DNA from: Hyalangium minutum
Lineage (GTDB): Bacteria > Myxococcota > Myxococcia > Myxococcales > Myxococcaceae
Length of the DNA stretch: 124,000 nt
Assembly: GCF_000737315.1 (NCBI RefSeq)
Contig: NZ_JMCB01000003.1
Location: 144,001 to 268,000 of the forward strand
Reading direction: 5' to 3'
The notes under the pieces: model-generated
What the model saw: the letters and a program-made list of their open reading frames with translations, nothing else
The model's database searches: none
Told to the model about the DNA's origin: nothing
Program-made: the position numbers and the translations under genes
In this document: positions 77,701 to 92,700 of the stretch, piece after piece
How positions within the stretch are numbered: the stretch's first letter is position 1
Layout: every line of letters begins with the position of its first letter

Positions 77701-80700
77701 ACTCTGCGGGCCATACGCGGCAGACCCGGCTGCTCATCGAGTCCCGGAGGCCCCGGCCTCCCGCGCTGGCGCTGGCCGCGCCTACCCCTGGCGCTACCAT
77801 CGCCGAGGGCAGCATTCAGCTCCTCTTCGACGCCGTGGCCGTGGACGACACCGGGGTCGACCATGTGCAGCTGTTCATCAACGGCCAGCCCGCGCTGATC
77901 CTCACCCGGGGAGAGCCCATTGCGTGGAACCTGGATCCGCAGAGCGGGGCGGTGGTCGTCGCCGATCCCGCGCTCCGGCAGGCCGTGGCCTCCCTGCCCC
78001 CCGAGGACCAGGATCTGCAGCGCCTCCGGCACTACCGGGGTCAGGTGAAGCTGCCGCCCGGGTTCGTGGCGCTGGTGCCCGGGCGCACGGACGCGGCGCT
78101 CCAACTGCGCACCATCGCCGCAGATAAGGAGGGGCACGAGACGGTGCTCGATCAGCCGCTCCGCATCGAGGCGGACGTGGCGACCCCGCTCGTGGAGGTG
78201 CTGCGGCCCGTGCTGGGGCGCAACGTGGTGGAGGGCACCTCCGTGCTCGTGGAGGTGTCCGCCCGCGACAACGTGCTGGTGGATCGGGTGGAGATCCTCG
78301 CGGGGCCTAGCGCCTCCGAGCTGCGCGTGGTGCACACCGCAGGCGGCTTCCCGCCCACGAACGCCGTGCCGGGCTCACCCTTTGATGTGTACGCGCCCCT
78401 GGTGCAGTACGCGTTCACGGTGCCCACGCTGGCGCAGCTCGGCTCCACGGTGCCGGTGCCGTACTTCGTCGCCGCGCGCGCCCGGGACATCAGTGGCAAC
78501 TGGACGGCCCCCGCCGACTTCGTCATCCAGCCCATCGAGATCATCCAGGACCAGCCGCCTGGGGTCTCCATCCTCTCGCCCGCGGATGGCACTCCGGCAG
78601 TCGCCAACAGCACGATCACCGTGTCGGTGATGGCCGAGGATGACGTGGCCGTGGGCAACGTGCGCCTGGAGGTGGATGGCACGCCGCTGCCCGTCACGCT
78701 GCACGCGCCGCCTTTCTCCTTCCATGTGCCGGTCCCGGATCGCGCGGGCGAGCTCCGGCTGCGCGCGGTGGCGGTGGACTCGGGAGGCCATCAGGTGGGC
78801 AGCCAGGTGGTGATCCTGCCGCTGCGCGACGATCTGGCGCCCACTGTCGCCGTGGCGCAGCCTCGTCCGGAGGCTCGGCTCACGGAGGGCCGGGACTTCG
78901 CGCTGGTGGTGGCGGCGCAGGACGACGTGGCCATCCGCAGCGTGGAGGTGCTGGTGGAGGGCGGGCTCGCGGGCCCACTGCGCCTGGTGGCCTCCAACCT
79001 GCCGTACTCCTTCCGCGTTCCGTTGCCTCCGGGCTCGGCGGGGAGGACGCTGCGCATCGTCGCTCGGGCCCGGGACTCGGCCGGACACGAGTCCGTGGCC
79101 CCCGAGGTGACGGCCCTGGCGGTGGCGGACACCTCGCGCCCCACGGTGGCGTGGTTGCGCCCTGCCGCGGGCTCGCAGGCCCTGGAGGGCTCGGTGGTGG
79201 AGCTGGAGGTGGACGCGCGAGACGACGTCGCCGTCAACAGCCTGGAGCTGCGCCTCAATGATCAGCCGCTGGCCATCATGCCCACGCCGCCGTTCCGGAT
79301 GACGTACCACGTCCCGGCGCAGGGGGGAGGGCAGGCGCTGGTGTTCTCCGCCATCGCTCGGGATCCCTCTGGCAACCAGACCGTGGAGACGCGCCGCCTG
79401 GAGATCGCGGAGGACGAGCCTCCGTCCGTCTCGGTGATTGCGCCGACGCGGCTCGTGGTGGGCAACCCCGCGCTGCTGCGCGCCCAGGCCAGCGATGACG
79501 TGGCCGTCACCGAGATTGGCTTCCATGTGGGATCGGATCCGGCGGCCTTGAGCGAGGTGGCCCGGCGCTACCAGTTGCCTTACGAGTTCCGCTACGCGGC
79601 CACCGAGGCCGATGTGGGCAAGGTGCTGACGATCCGGGGCCGAGCCATGGATCTGGCGGGCCATGAAGCGTGGTCCGTCCCCGTGCAGGCGCTGGTGGTG
79701 CCGGACACACCTCCCACCGTGGCGGTTCGGAAGCCCCTGGCGGGCGAGGCGATCTTCGAGGGCCAGCGCCTGCGTCTGGAGGTGGAGGCCACGGACGTGG
79801 AAGGCCCCATCAAGCAGGTGGCCTTCTTCGTGGACGGGCGCAAGGTGCACGTGGCCACCACGCCTGCGGGCATCCCCGGTTCGCCCAACCTCTTTGCCAC
79901 GAGCTACAGCCCACCGGTGGGCAGCGGCAACCGGCTGCTGCGGATCACGGCGGTGGCGGTGGACTCGGCCAACCAGGAGACGGAGTCCGCGCCGGTCGTC
80001 GTGGGCACGGTGCGCGACACGGTGCCGCCGGAGACCCAGCTCGTCGATCCCATGGTGTGGGAGCTCGTCACCGAGGCCGAGCCTGTGGAGTGGACGGCCG
80101 CGGCCCTGGACGAGTCCGCCGTGGTGGGGGTGCGCTTCCTGGTGGATGGGCAGCAGGTGGGGCCACCGTCGACCGTGCCGAGGCCGGGGCCCTCCAACCG
80201 GCCGCTGTATTACGGCACATGGCTGCCTCCCTCGGGTGCCGCGGGACAGACGCGCACGCTCACCGCAGAGGCCACGGATCCGTCCCAGAACGTGGGCCGT
80301 GCCGAGCCTGTCACCGTCGAGCTGGGCATGCGCCCCGAGCCCGCGGTGGAGCTGGTGGTGGAGCCCTACGCGCGGCGGCAGGCCGGGATGGCGGCGGATG
80401 GCGAGGGCCTCGTCATTCATGGGGCTCTGCTGAAGGACGTGCCCCTGCCCCCGCCCAACGACACGGTGAAGCGGGATGAGGGCCGACTGGCACTGGCCCG
80501 GCTGGACCTGAACGGGCTGGCGCCGCTGGGGACTGTGAAGGTGACGGGCTCTCCGGTGAGCCAGACGTTGCTGGGACGGCTGGCGCTCGTGGCGATGGGC
80601 CCCGTCTTCGATCCTGTGGGCAAGAAGACGATCCCCGCGCAGCTGCAGGTGGTGGATCTGTCCAACACCGCCGTGCCCCGGCTGAGGGGAGTGGTGGATC

Positions 80701-83700
80701 TGCCCAGCGACGACGTGCACCAGGTGGTGGCGAGGGACCGGTTGGCCTTCGTGGCCAACGGAACTTCGGGCGTGGCGGTGCTGGAGCTGGGCAATCCGGA
80801 CGCGCCTCAGCGGGCTTTCACCCGTCCCACGGTGGGTCCGGCGCGGGGCGTGGCGGTGACGGACCAGTGGCTGTTGGTGGCCGCAGGCTCCGGAGGCCTG
80901 CGCGTGCTGGACGTGCGCGATCCGTATCTGCGCGAGCTGGGCTTCGTCGCGCTGCCCGGTGAGGCGAACCGGGTAGAAGTCGTGGGCTCGCGCGCATACG
81001 TGGGGTGCTCGAACGCCCAGGCGCCTCTGGCGGTGGTGGATCTCTCCCGTCCCGCGCAGCCCCGGCTGATGTCGCTGCTCTCGCACGCGCCGCGCCGCCC
81101 GGACCTGCTGGCCAGCGAGGTGACGGACGTCGCCGTCTCCGGAGGCGTGGCGCTGGTGACCACCGCGATCACCGATCAGGACGCGGAGCCCGTGAAGGGG
81201 ATCCTCTCCGCCTCGACGGTGAAGGCGGATGGGGCCGCCTCCACTTTCGTCCGGGCGAACCTGCCGGGCGCTCGGGATGTGCTCTTCAGCCAGGGGCGGC
81301 CGGTGGCGCTGCTCGGGGACTCGGCGATGGGGGCCTTCACGCTCCCTCGGCTGGCGGTGACGGACGTGTCCCCTGTGGATGGCACGGGGCAGGTGCCTCC
81401 CACGGCTCAGGTGACGGTGACGTTCTCCCGGCTGTTGCAGGGGGCCTCGGTGACGGAGCAGACAGTGTTGCTCCGAGCCCAGGACGCCGTGCTCGGGCCG
81501 GTGGTGCCCGCCACGGTGACGGTGAATGAGACGCGCATCCTCGTGGCACCTCGGGCGCCGCTGCCCACGAACACGGAGATCTTCCTCACGGTGCTCCCCA
81601 CCGTCACGGGCGAGGGCGGGGTGACGCTGGGCGAGCGCTTCGTCTCGCGCTTCCGCACGAGCCCAGTGGACGGCCTGCCTCCCCAGGTCGCGGATGTGCA
81701 GCCGCCCGCGGGCCCAGTGGACGGCGGTACACGCGTGAGGGTGTGGGGCCTCCACTTCGCTCCTGGCGCCCGAGTGCTCTTCTCCGGCCAGGAGGCCACG
81801 CAGGTGCAGGTGGCCGCGGATGGCCGCAGCCTCGATGCCGTCACGCCTCCCAACCTGGAGGGGGCCGTCGTGGTGACGGTGGTGAACCCCAACGGGCTGG
81901 AGGGCTCGCTGCTCGGCGGCTTCCTCTACCTCCAGATCCTCGACGTGAGCATGGTGGTGCCGGCCACCGGCAGCCTCGCGGGTGGCAATCTCGTGGAGCT
82001 GTCCGGCTCGGGCTTCCAGCGCGGCGCCACCGTGCGCTTCGACGGGGTGCCCGCCACGGACGTGCGCGTGCTCTCGCCGGGCCGCATCTCCCTGCGCACA
82101 CCTCCCGGACACTTCGGCACGGTGGATGTGCGGGTGGACAACCCGGATGGCCGGTACGTGGTGAAGCCGGATGCCTTCCTCTACTCGAACCTCGTCGTCT
82201 CCCGGGTGCTGGGGCGCCACATCCCGGATCCTCAATATGACGGCCCCATCCGCCCGGCGGAGAAGCTGCCACAAGGCGTCCCGCGCGCCGTGGTGATGCA
82301 GGGCGGCCTGGCCTGGTTGCTGAGCGACGGCACGGCCGCCCTCCAAGCCCACTCCCCCGAGGAGCTGCTCCAGGACAGCATCCAGGCGGCGGTGACGCTG
82401 GTGGACGTGAGCGATCCGGACAACGCCGCCGTGCGGAGCGGTGTGTCCATCGCGCCGCCCTACCAGCCGCGCGCGCTCGCGGTACGGGGCACGACGGCCT
82501 ACGTCGCGGCGGATGCCGCGGAACTGCCCTACGTGGATGTGGTGGGGGAGGGTGGGCCCTCGCTGCTGGTGGTGGATGCGTCGGTGCTGCAGGCCCCGAG
82601 GATGGTGACCGCGGTGCCCTTCGAGGGGACCGCTCGCGCGGTGGCGGTGGCGGATGATCTGGCGCTGGTGGCCGCGGGCGCGGGCGGACTGGCTGTCTTC
82701 TCGGTGGCCGATCCGCTGCGGCCGGTGCTCACGGGCTCGATCCAGAGCATGCGGGTGAGGGGCGAGGTTCGCGCGGTGAACGTGGTGGACGTGGCGGCCT
82801 CGGGCCGCTACGCGCTGGTGAGGGCAGGCACGAACGCCGGCACGTTCACGCTGGTGCTGGATCTGGCCACTCCGGGGATCGAGGTGGTGGGCGAGGCGTC
82901 CGATCTCGGGCCGATGGCGCTCCAGGGCCGCCGGGGACTCACGCTCGGCAACGGGCAGATCCGGACGCTCTCGTTCTCGCCGCCCACGTGGCCTCGGAAC
83001 CTCGTGGGCATGTCGTCGCTCGTGGGGGGTACTCCCGTCACCGTGGCGGTAGGCCCCCACGTGGGCGCCGCGGGGACAGAGGTGTCTCGGCCCGGGAACT
83101 CTGGCTCGGGCAAGCTGGAGGTCTCCCTGAGCGCGGACCCCTCGCGTCCGCGAGCGGTCGATGCCGTGGATCTCTACCCCGCGGCCCGCTTTGGAGGGGT
83201 CGCCGTGGAGCGGGATGTCGCGGTGATCTCCATCTCCGCCTTGCTGACCAAGAAGGGCGAGGTCGTGGCGGATCCCACGCTGGCCCTGGGCTCGGATGGT
83301 TTGGCGGTGGTGCGGATGCCCTTCCTCATGGGGATGCGCAGCCAGCCCGCGGATGGGGACACCGAGGTGCCGCCCTCCACGCCGCTGCGGCTCGAGTTCA
83401 ACCGCGAGGTGGCCGGAGCCTCGCCGCAGACGGTGCGCCTCATTCGCCAGGATGGCTCGGTCAACGGCGTGGTGGAGCCCGCGGAGATCCAGACCTTGGG
83501 GCGCACGGTGCTGCTGCTGCCCGCCCAGCCGCTCGCGCCCTCGACGACCTACCGAGTGGTGGCCGATCAGCTGACGGATGCGCTCACGCGGGCGGAGATG
83601 GCCGGGCCCTTCTACCTGGAGTTCTCCACCGCCAGCAGCAGCGCGGCCATGCCCGTGTCCATCTCAGGGCTCACGCCGCGCGAGGGCCCCGCGGCCGGGG

Positions 83701-86700
83701 GTACGCTGGTGACGGTGACGGGCACGGGCTTCGAGCCGGGGGCCACGGTGCGCTTCGGCGGCGTGCCGGCCACGCAGGTGACGGTGTCCGAGGACGGGAC
83801 GCAGCTCACGGCTCGCACGGCCGCCAACACCGCCGGAGCCGCGACGCTGGAGGTGACCAATCCCTCGGGCAGTGTGGCGCGGCGCCTCGGCGCCTTCCTC
83901 TTTACGCAGCCGCTGTCCGTGCTGGCGGCAGCTCCGGGGCGCGGCCCCGCCTCGGGGGGCACGCGCGTCATCTTGTCGGGCACGGGGTTCTCTTCGACGG
84001 GAACGGTCCAGGTCCGCTTCGGAGGTGTCCCGGCGCTGCGCACGCGCGTGCTCGGGCTGAACCGGCTCGAGGTGTACACGCCGCGCGGCCTGCGCGGCAC
84101 GGTCGACATCCAGGTCACCAACCCGGACGGCAGTCAGGCCACGCTGGAGGACGGCTTCATCTTCGATCAGCCGGGTGGGGCCTCGGTGGCGCTGTCGGAT
84201 CGGCCGGTGGATGTGGTGGTGATCGGCGACTCCGCGCTCGTGCTCCAACGCGGTGGGTTGTCGGTGGTGGATCTCTCCGGGCTGTACCTCAAGGGGCCCC
84301 TCAAGGACACGCCCATCCCTCCGGATCTGGTGGATGGTCTCGTGGACGTGGATAACGATCGCAAGGACGATCGGCTCGTCTCGTTCCTCCCGATCCCGGA
84401 TGCGCTCTCCCTGGCCTATCCGTCCACCTGGGGGCACCGCCTCTTCGTGGGAACAGGAGGCTGGGATTCCAAGCTGCAGCAGTGGACGGCGGGCGAGGTG
84501 CTCGAGGTGGCCATCGCGGATCTGGCCCACCCGGCGATCTCGGCCAGGACGGCGGCCGTGGAGGGGCCTGTCTTCGGCCTGGATGTGAAGGACGAGCGGT
84601 TGCTGGCCGCCACGGGACAGAAGGGACTCAGCAGCTTCGATCGCTCATATGCGCCGTTCCTCGTTGGCCAGCTGCCGATGCAGGGCGCGGCCCAGTCCGT
84701 GGCGGGAAGCGCGGGCATGGCGGTGGTGGGCGTGGGGCAGCGAGACGCCACCTCCTTTGCCGTGTCGGCCGGGGCACTGCGGATCGTCTCCACCGAGGCC
84801 TCGCCTTCGCTCCGGGGCGCGCTGCCGCTCAACATTCAGCGGGCGAGGTGGAAGGGCGACGTGGCCGTCGTGGCTGCTGGCGATGCGGGGCTCGTGCTGG
84901 TGAGCGCCGCGAATCCGGATCAGCCCCAGGTGCTGGCCTCGGTGCTGGTGGGCGGCTTCGCGTGGGATGTGCGGCTGCAGGGCAACCTGGCCTATGTGGC
85001 GGCGGGGACGGCGGGCGTGGCGGTGGTGGATCTGACGGATCTGCTCCACCCGCGCGTGCTGTACCACGTGACGGGCGCCCGGGGCGGCACGGCGAAGCTC
85101 GTGGAGATGACCGCGGGCGGCCGCCTCGTGAGCATGAGGGATCGCGGTACCCAGGGCTGGTCCGTGGACTTCGGACGCCCCTCGGAGCTGGCGGTGGTCT
85201 CCGCGAGCGTGGCGCCGGACGAGGTGGTGCCGCTCTCGCTGCCCTCGGTGACGGTGACGCTGTCCGCGGGCCTGTTGCACACGTCGGCGCCGGAGGCCTT
85301 CTCATTCACGGCGAATGGCGCTCCGGTGCCTGGGACGCTGGAGGCTGGGACGCCGGAGCTGCCGGTGAGCACGCTGGTGTTCCGGCCTTCGGAGCCGCTG
85401 CCCTCGGGCGCCGAGCTGCGGCTGGCGCTGGGCACCTCGCTGCGCTCCCTGCTGGGGGATGCGCTGATAGCGCCCTTCGAGGTGCGCTTCTTCGCCGCGG
85501 GAGGCACGGGCGAGCGTCCGCAGCTCCTCCAGGTGGTGCCGCGCGTGGGGCCCTCCGAGGGAGGCACGGAGATCGAGCTGCTGGGCACGGGCTTCGTCCC
85601 AGGCACCACGGTCCGCATCGGTGCCGCGCCCGCGCTCGTGCTGTCGCTGTCCTCCACGCGGATGACGGTCCGCGTGCCTCCCGGAGAGCCTGGGCTGGCG
85701 GACGTGGTGGTGGTGCACCCCTCGGGCGTCACCGCGAGGCGCTCGGGCGGCTACTTCTATTCCGCGCCGCTGTTCGCGAGCGCGTCGATCCCGCGCTTCC
85801 TCAACCCGAAGGGCGGAAGCACCGTGCGAGTGACGGGGCGCGGCTTCCTGCCCACCTGGTCCAGCCCGTTGGGCTCCACGCGCGTGCTGATTCGCGGGCT
85901 GCCCGCGCGCAGCGTCTCCGTGGAGTCCACCACCCAGCTCGTCGCGGTGGCCGGGCCCGGCTCCTTTGGCGACGCGGACGTGGAGCTGGTGGCGGCGGAC
86001 GGCCTGCAGCGCGCGAGCTCGCCCTCTCCCGTGGGGTATGGGCTCCCATTCTCGGGGAAGGTGGTGGGTGCCTCGGTGAGGCCCGTGGCGCTGGCGGGCA
86101 ACCCCGCGCTGCCGCTGCTGCCGTTCGCGGCGGCGGGCGCTTCGGTGGAAGGCAACACCTTCCCTCAGCCCTATACCGGTCCCATGACGGGCGGCGGCCT
86201 GGTGCCCGAGTCCTTCCGCATGGTGGCCTATGACGTGACTCGCGTGGGCCGGCCCGAGCTGGCGGGCGCCTCGGTGGTGGATCCGCCGGATCACGACGTG
86301 GACTACCTGATCGGCAGCCTGCCGTATCTGGCCCAGCGGGAGCTGCCCCTGCCAGAAGTGGAGCTGATGCCGGACTCCTTCGACGTGGCGCTGCGCGGCA
86401 CCCAGCTCCTGGTGGCCAACGGCGCCAGCGGCCTCGCGGTGATTGACGCGTCCGGGACGACCCTGGAGCAGTGGCCGCTGCTGGGGCGCGGAGGCATTGG
86501 CAGCGTGCTCGGCCAGGAGTACGCCACGCGCCTGCTGGCGACTCCGACGGGAGCCTGGGTGTTCAGCAATCCCCTCGAGGACAACCTCCTGCCCGAGGAG
86601 ATCCCCTGTAAGTCCCCCACGGACGAGCACTACCCCGCCGCGGGCAGTGGTGGCCAGCTGCAGCTCTTCGATACCCGCAGTCCGTCGGATCCGGTCCTCC

Positions 86701-89700
86701 TGGGGAGCATCGGCTCGGGGAGCGCGCAGGAGCCGTACGGCGCCACGGTGGCGGGAGGACGGCTGCTGGTGGCCATGGGCAACCACGCGGGCGTCATCTA
86801 CTGCACCGAGACGCCGTTCCCTCCGCCGCCCTGGGCCTCGCTGACCACGGGCCGCCGCACGCGGTTCCTCGGGCTCGATCCGAGCGACGACTACCGGTCC
86901 GAGGACGCGCCGATCATCATGATGAAGACCCCGCACGGGGCCTTGGAACTCTATGACTCGGCGGGAGTGGGCGCGCAGCGGCTCGCTCGGAGGCCGTACC
87001 CCTACAGCCTCACGGACGTGGTGGTGGTGCGGGACGTGGCCATCGCCTCGGCGGCCGAGTTCGGACTGATCTTCTTCGACGTGCGGCCGGACAACCCGCA
87101 GGCGCCGCAGGAACTGCTGCGGCTGCCCTTCGATCAATCGCTCTCCAACACCCCCGGCCACCCCGAGCGCCTGCGGCTGATTGGGGATCTGCTCTTCGTG
87201 GCCGCCTCCTCGGGGAGCGTGTACGTGCTGGACGTGTCGGATCCGCGCCACCCGGAGTTCCTCAGCGGAGGCAACACGGAGTTCGCGTACGACGTGCTGC
87301 CCGTGGGGGATCGGCTGATGCTGGCGAGCCGCCAGGAGCTCACCGAGCTGTCCATGCCCTTCCTCCTGCCCCTGTCGACGACGCCGGAGCGGGATGCGCT
87401 GGTGCCGCCGTCCCTGAGCCAGCTCGAGGTCCGCTTCAACCGGCCGCTGGCGCCGGCCACCGTCAACGACATCAGCGTGCAGCTGATCGGGCCCTCGGGT
87501 CCGGTCCCGCTGGAGCTGTCCGTGGTGGCGGAGCACGCGACGCTCACCTACGCCGTGCGCGCCCAGCTCCCGGAAGAGGGGCTGGAGCCTGGCGCCACCT
87601 ATGAGGTGCGGATCGCGTCCACGGTTGCGGACCAGCGGGGCGGAGGGATGATCCGGCCCTTCCGCACCGCCTTCCGCACGGGCGCCGCGGGCAGCCACGC
87701 GCCTCGGATCGATGCGGTGCAGCCCTCGGCGGTCTCCATGGCGGGAGGGCAGCAGGTGGTGATCCAGGGCTCGGGCCTGAGCGGCGTGGCGTCGGTGCGG
87801 ATCGGTGGAGCCACCGCCAGCTTCACGGCAGCGGGGGATACGGAGCTGCACGTCACCGTGCCTCCGTCCACGCGCCCTGGGCCAGCGGACGTGCGTATAG
87901 AGGATGCGGGGGGCCCCTGGTCCCTGTTGCCGCACGGCGTCCTGTACCTGTCGCCGCTCGCGAGCGCTCACGCCTCGCTGGTGCCCGACCACGGGCCCGT
88001 GGAGGGCGGTACCGAGGTGAAGGTGTCGTTCAGCGGGGCCTCTCCGGTGGCTCCGGGCACTCGCGTCTTCATTGGAGATCGCGAGGGCGTGAACGTGGAC
88101 GTGGTGAGCCTGTCCACCCTGCGCTTCACCACGCCGCGTCCAGATGGGCCCGGCCTGGTGCCCGTGAAGCTGGAGCGTCCGGGCGAGGTGTCGGAGACGG
88201 TGGGGTACTTCTCCTATGATCTGCCCACGGGCACCACGGTGGATCTGCCCGGCTTCCCGCCGCGCGAGACGTCCGAGGTGGTGCTCTCGGGGGATCTGCT
88301 GTTCGCGGGAGTGCCCACCGCCGGGTACGAGGGGCTCGAGCTCTTCAACATCCGCGTGCCCGAGCACCCGGTCCGTCTGGGAGGCCTGCGCACGGAGGGC
88401 GCGGTGCGAGGCCTGGACGCGCGAGGAGCGCTGGCCCTGCTGGCCACGGATGCGTTCGGCCTGGTGGCGGTGGATGTGCAGGATACCGCCCGGCCCTTCA
88501 CCGTCGGCCGGGGCGCCACTGCGGGGCTCGCCACGGGGATCCGGCTGGAGGGCAACGTGGCCCACGTCTCGGTGACCCAGATGGATGGGGGCGCCGGGTA
88601 TGTGCAGACGTTCGATGTCTCGCAGCCCTCGCTGCCGCTGCTGAGCACCACTCCGCTCACGGAAGATGCGCTGGCGCTGGATCACGCTCCGGGGCGCTTC
88701 TACGCGCTGACCTCCAATGTGCGCACCGGGCAGCCGGATGGGCTGCGCCTCACGGTCTACACCCGCCAGGGCCAGCGCCTGGGCGGCGTGGTGGTGGATG
88801 CCACGCCGCGCTCCTACGCGGAGCTGGTGCGCAGCCGGCTCACTGTGCGCGGAGGCCGGGCCTACGTCACCCTGGGCTCTCGGCTTTACGTCTTCGACAT
88901 GAGCGACGAGACCGCGCCGCAGGTGCTCCAGTCCACGGAACTGGGCGCTCCGGCGCGCGGGCTCACCTGGGCGGGCGGCTCGCTGCTGGTCTCCACCACG
89001 GGGAGCTCCACGCTGGTGACGGTGCCACCGACGGATCTGCTGGTCGTGGGCACCTCGCCCGTGAATGGCGCGCTGGCTTCTCCGCTCACCTCCATCCGCG
89101 TGGACATGAGCCTGCCCGTGCGCGAGGACACGGTGACGGCGGGGACCTTCGAGGTGGTGCAGGTGGGCTCGGCAGGCCCCGTGCCCGTGCCCGGCCATCG
89201 GGAAGTGGTGTTCGCCACGCGGGGCTCCTCGCTCGTCTTCACGCCGGAGGACCCGCTCGAGCCCGGCGCTCAGATTGAGGTGAAGGTGGAGGGGGTGCTG
89301 GGCTTTGACACCCGGCCGCTGGCGCACCCTGCGTCCTTCGCTTTCACGGTGGCGGGGGAAGATGCGCTGCAGCCCTGGGTGGAGCGGCTCGAACCCGCCT
89401 CGGGGCTCTTCACGGACTTCACCGCCACCACGGTGCGGGGCGCGGGCTTCCGCCAGGGCGTCACCGTGCGGATCGCCGGGCAGAACGCCACGGTGGTCTC
89501 CGTGCAGGAGGATCAGCTGGGGATCGTCGTCCCGCCGTCGCTCACGTCGGCAGGGCCGGCCTCGGTGGAGGTCATCGATCCGAGCGGCCTGTCCGCGGTG
89601 CGCCTGGGCGGCTTCCTCTACCGCGAGCCGCTGCGGCTGGCGCTGCTCTCGCCGGATCGCGCGCCGCAGCAGGGCGGAGTGGCCGTGGAGCTGCGAGGCA

Positions 89701-92700
89701 CGGGCTTCATGCCCGGCCTGGTGGTGCGCTTTGGTGGCACCGGCTCCTTCCAGGTGGACGTGCCGTCCATGGAGCGGGCGGTGGCCGTGGCGCCTCCGCA
89801 CGCGCAGGGGTTGGTGGATGTGGAGGCGGTGCTGGGCAGCCAGAGCGCCGTCAAGGCGCGCTCCTTTCTCTATGGCACGGGCGCGGTGTCTCGCCTGCCC
89901 ACGCCCCCGGTGCGGGACGTGCGGGTGGAGGGCACGGTGGCCTATGTGGCGCTGGGCGGCGAGACGGAGATCGTCGGGCTCGACGCCGAGGGCCACCTCA
90001 TCACCCTCGAGCAGCGGCGGAAGACGGACTCCGGTGGGCTCATGGTGGCCGATCTCAGCGAGCCCACGGTGGCGCGCGAGATCCGGCGAGTGAACGTGTC
90101 CGCGCAGGGGGGCGTGCGCCGCATGGCCAGGGCGGGCAACACCCTGTACCTGGCGGCGGGCTCCGCGGGGGTGGTGGCCGTGGACGTGAGCCAGCCCGCC
90201 AACGCGTCGGAGACCCTGAGGCTGTCCGTCCAGGGCGAGGCCGTGGACGTGGTGACGGCCGGCAGCCTGATCTTCGTGGCGGATGGGAGCGGCGTGCGGG
90301 TGTTCCGCACGGGTGAGACGGAGCAGCCCATGCTGGTGGCCCAGCGAGCGCTGCCGGGGGGCGCGAGCGCGCTGGCGTTGTATGGCGGGCTGTTGCTGGT
90401 CTCGAACGCGAGCGCAACGGACGCACGGCTCTATGTGCTGGACGCGCGGCGCGGGGATCTGGCTCCGCTGGCCCAGGAGGCGCATCTGCCGCTGTCGGCT
90501 CCGGCGCGGCACATCGCGGTCGAGGGCACGCGGGCCTTTGTCTCGCTGGGGCGCGCGGGGCAGGTGGCCATCGTCGAGCTGGCCGATCCCACGGCGCCCG
90601 CTCCCGCGGGCACGCTGGTGCTGAAGGACGAGCTGCACCAGGGGTGGACCTCCGCCGAGCAGACGCTGGTGGCCGGAGACGTGGTCTGGGTGGCGGGCGG
90701 AGGCGGCAAGGTGCAGCGCTTCGCGGCGCTGGTGGGGCAGCAGCCCCAGTGGCTGGAGACGGCTTCCGTGCTCGGAGACGCGAAGGCGCTGGCGCGCTCG
90801 GGCCGCTACCTCATGGCGGGCACGCTGCTGCTGGACGTGAACGGACGCCCGGTGGAGATGCCGCTGGCGGACACCCGGGATGCGGCGGGGACCCTGACGG
90901 GCGGGCTCGTCTCTGTGGCGCTGGATCACCTGGAGCTGAGGGGGACGGTGCCGGTGGCGGGCGCGGTGGTGCAGGTGGGCGTGGTGCCCGAGGTTCTGCT
91001 CTCCGCGCTGCCGGACATGGCCACGGCGGGGGCAGTGCGGCTGGAGGGCACGGATGGCGTCGAGGTGCGCGTGGCGCGCCAGGGCCGGGCGGACACGGAG
91101 GGAGGGCGGCTCGCGCTGATCCCGCAGTCGCCGCTGGCGGTGGGGACGGACTACGTGCTGCGCGTGGGCGGCACACTGGCGGATCTCGCGGGCCGGCCGC
91201 TCGGAACGGACGTGGGCGTGCGCTTCCGCACCGGCCCGATCGCATCTCCCGAGCAGCCGGTGATCACGGCGATGTCGCCTGTCACGGGCCTGGAGGCGGG
91301 CGGGGACACGGCCGTCCTCACGGGAGAGGGCTTCATGCCCGGCTGCCAGGTGTGGGTGGGGGACACGCTGGCCTCGGGGGTGACGGTGTCCTCGGATGGG
91401 GGCCGGATCACGCTCATCGTCCCGCCGGGGCCTGCGGGCGCGGCGGCGGTGCGGGTGCGCAACCCCAATGGACTCGAGGCGCTGCAGCTGGGGCTGTACC
91501 GCTACCTCGTGGCCCCCGAGCTGACGCAGGTGTCGCCGGCCCAGGCGCCCTTCAACAGCCGGCAGCGGGTGGTGCTGACGGGCAAGGGCTTCGCGGCGAC
91601 CACGCAGGTGACGTTCGGCGGCAGGCCAGCGCTGCACCCGGTGATGGACTCGCAGGGCCGGATCTCGGTGGAGGTGCCGGACGATGTGACGGGCGTGGTG
91701 GAGGTGGCGGTGGCCACGCCGATGCCGGGAGGGGCGCTGGTCGCCCGGAGGCCGGACGGCTTCACCTATACGCTCAAGCCGCTGGGGGGCGTGGGCGGCA
91801 ACACGGAGGCCCTGGCGGTGGCGGGGCGGGTGCTGCTGGCCGCGCGGGCGGGACGGCTCGTGGCGTTCGATCTCACGCGCCCCGGCGATCTGCCGGAGGT
91901 AGCCAATGTCCCCGGTGTGACGAGTGCGGGGGGCCTGGTGGTCTCGGGTGACGAAGCTTGGCTCGCGGGCCAGGGCGAGGTCGTGCGGTATGCCCTGGAG
92001 GGCTGCGGCGCGGGCCTCCCGGTGAGCTGCCCGCTCCAGGTGGTGGAGCGCATTCCGCTGGTGGCCTCGGGCGTGGCCAGCGTGGCGGCGGGGCAGGGGA
92101 GTGCATACGTGACGGTGGCGGGCGGCAGCGACGTGGTGCTGCTGGGCCGGGTGGACGGGGCCACGCGCGTGGTGGCCCAGGTGAACGTGGGGCCGGGCGT
92201 GGTGCGAGGCGTGGCCATGGCAGGCCCGGTGCTCGCGGTGCTGGTGCAGGGCTCGCAGTCGAGCCGGCTGGAGCTGCGCGACGTGGCGGATGGGTCGCTC
92301 ACGCTGGTGGGTGAGGTGCCCGGGTTGTACTGGACCGTGAACCGGCTGGCCGCGGAGGGCACGCGCGTGGCGGTGGCCTCTGGAGCGGGCGTGCGCCTCT
92401 ATGAGACGGCCGAGCCGGCCGTGCCCGTCGAGCTGGGCCGGTTTGAAGGCCAGGGCAGCGCGTACACCGTGGCGCTGTCGGGCCCGTGGGCGCTGGCCTC
92501 GGGAGACTTCGGGCTGGCGTGGCTGGACACGACGCAGGGGCTGAAGCGGCGCACCTCGGGCTCGACATATGGGTGGGCCGGGAACGTGGCCGTGGGGGCA
92601 GGGGTGGCGGTGGCGGCCTCGGCCTATGAGCTGAGAGCCTTCGAGCTGCCGTACCCCACGGTCACCGGCCAGGAGCCTTCGCCGGGAGGCGCACTGCCCA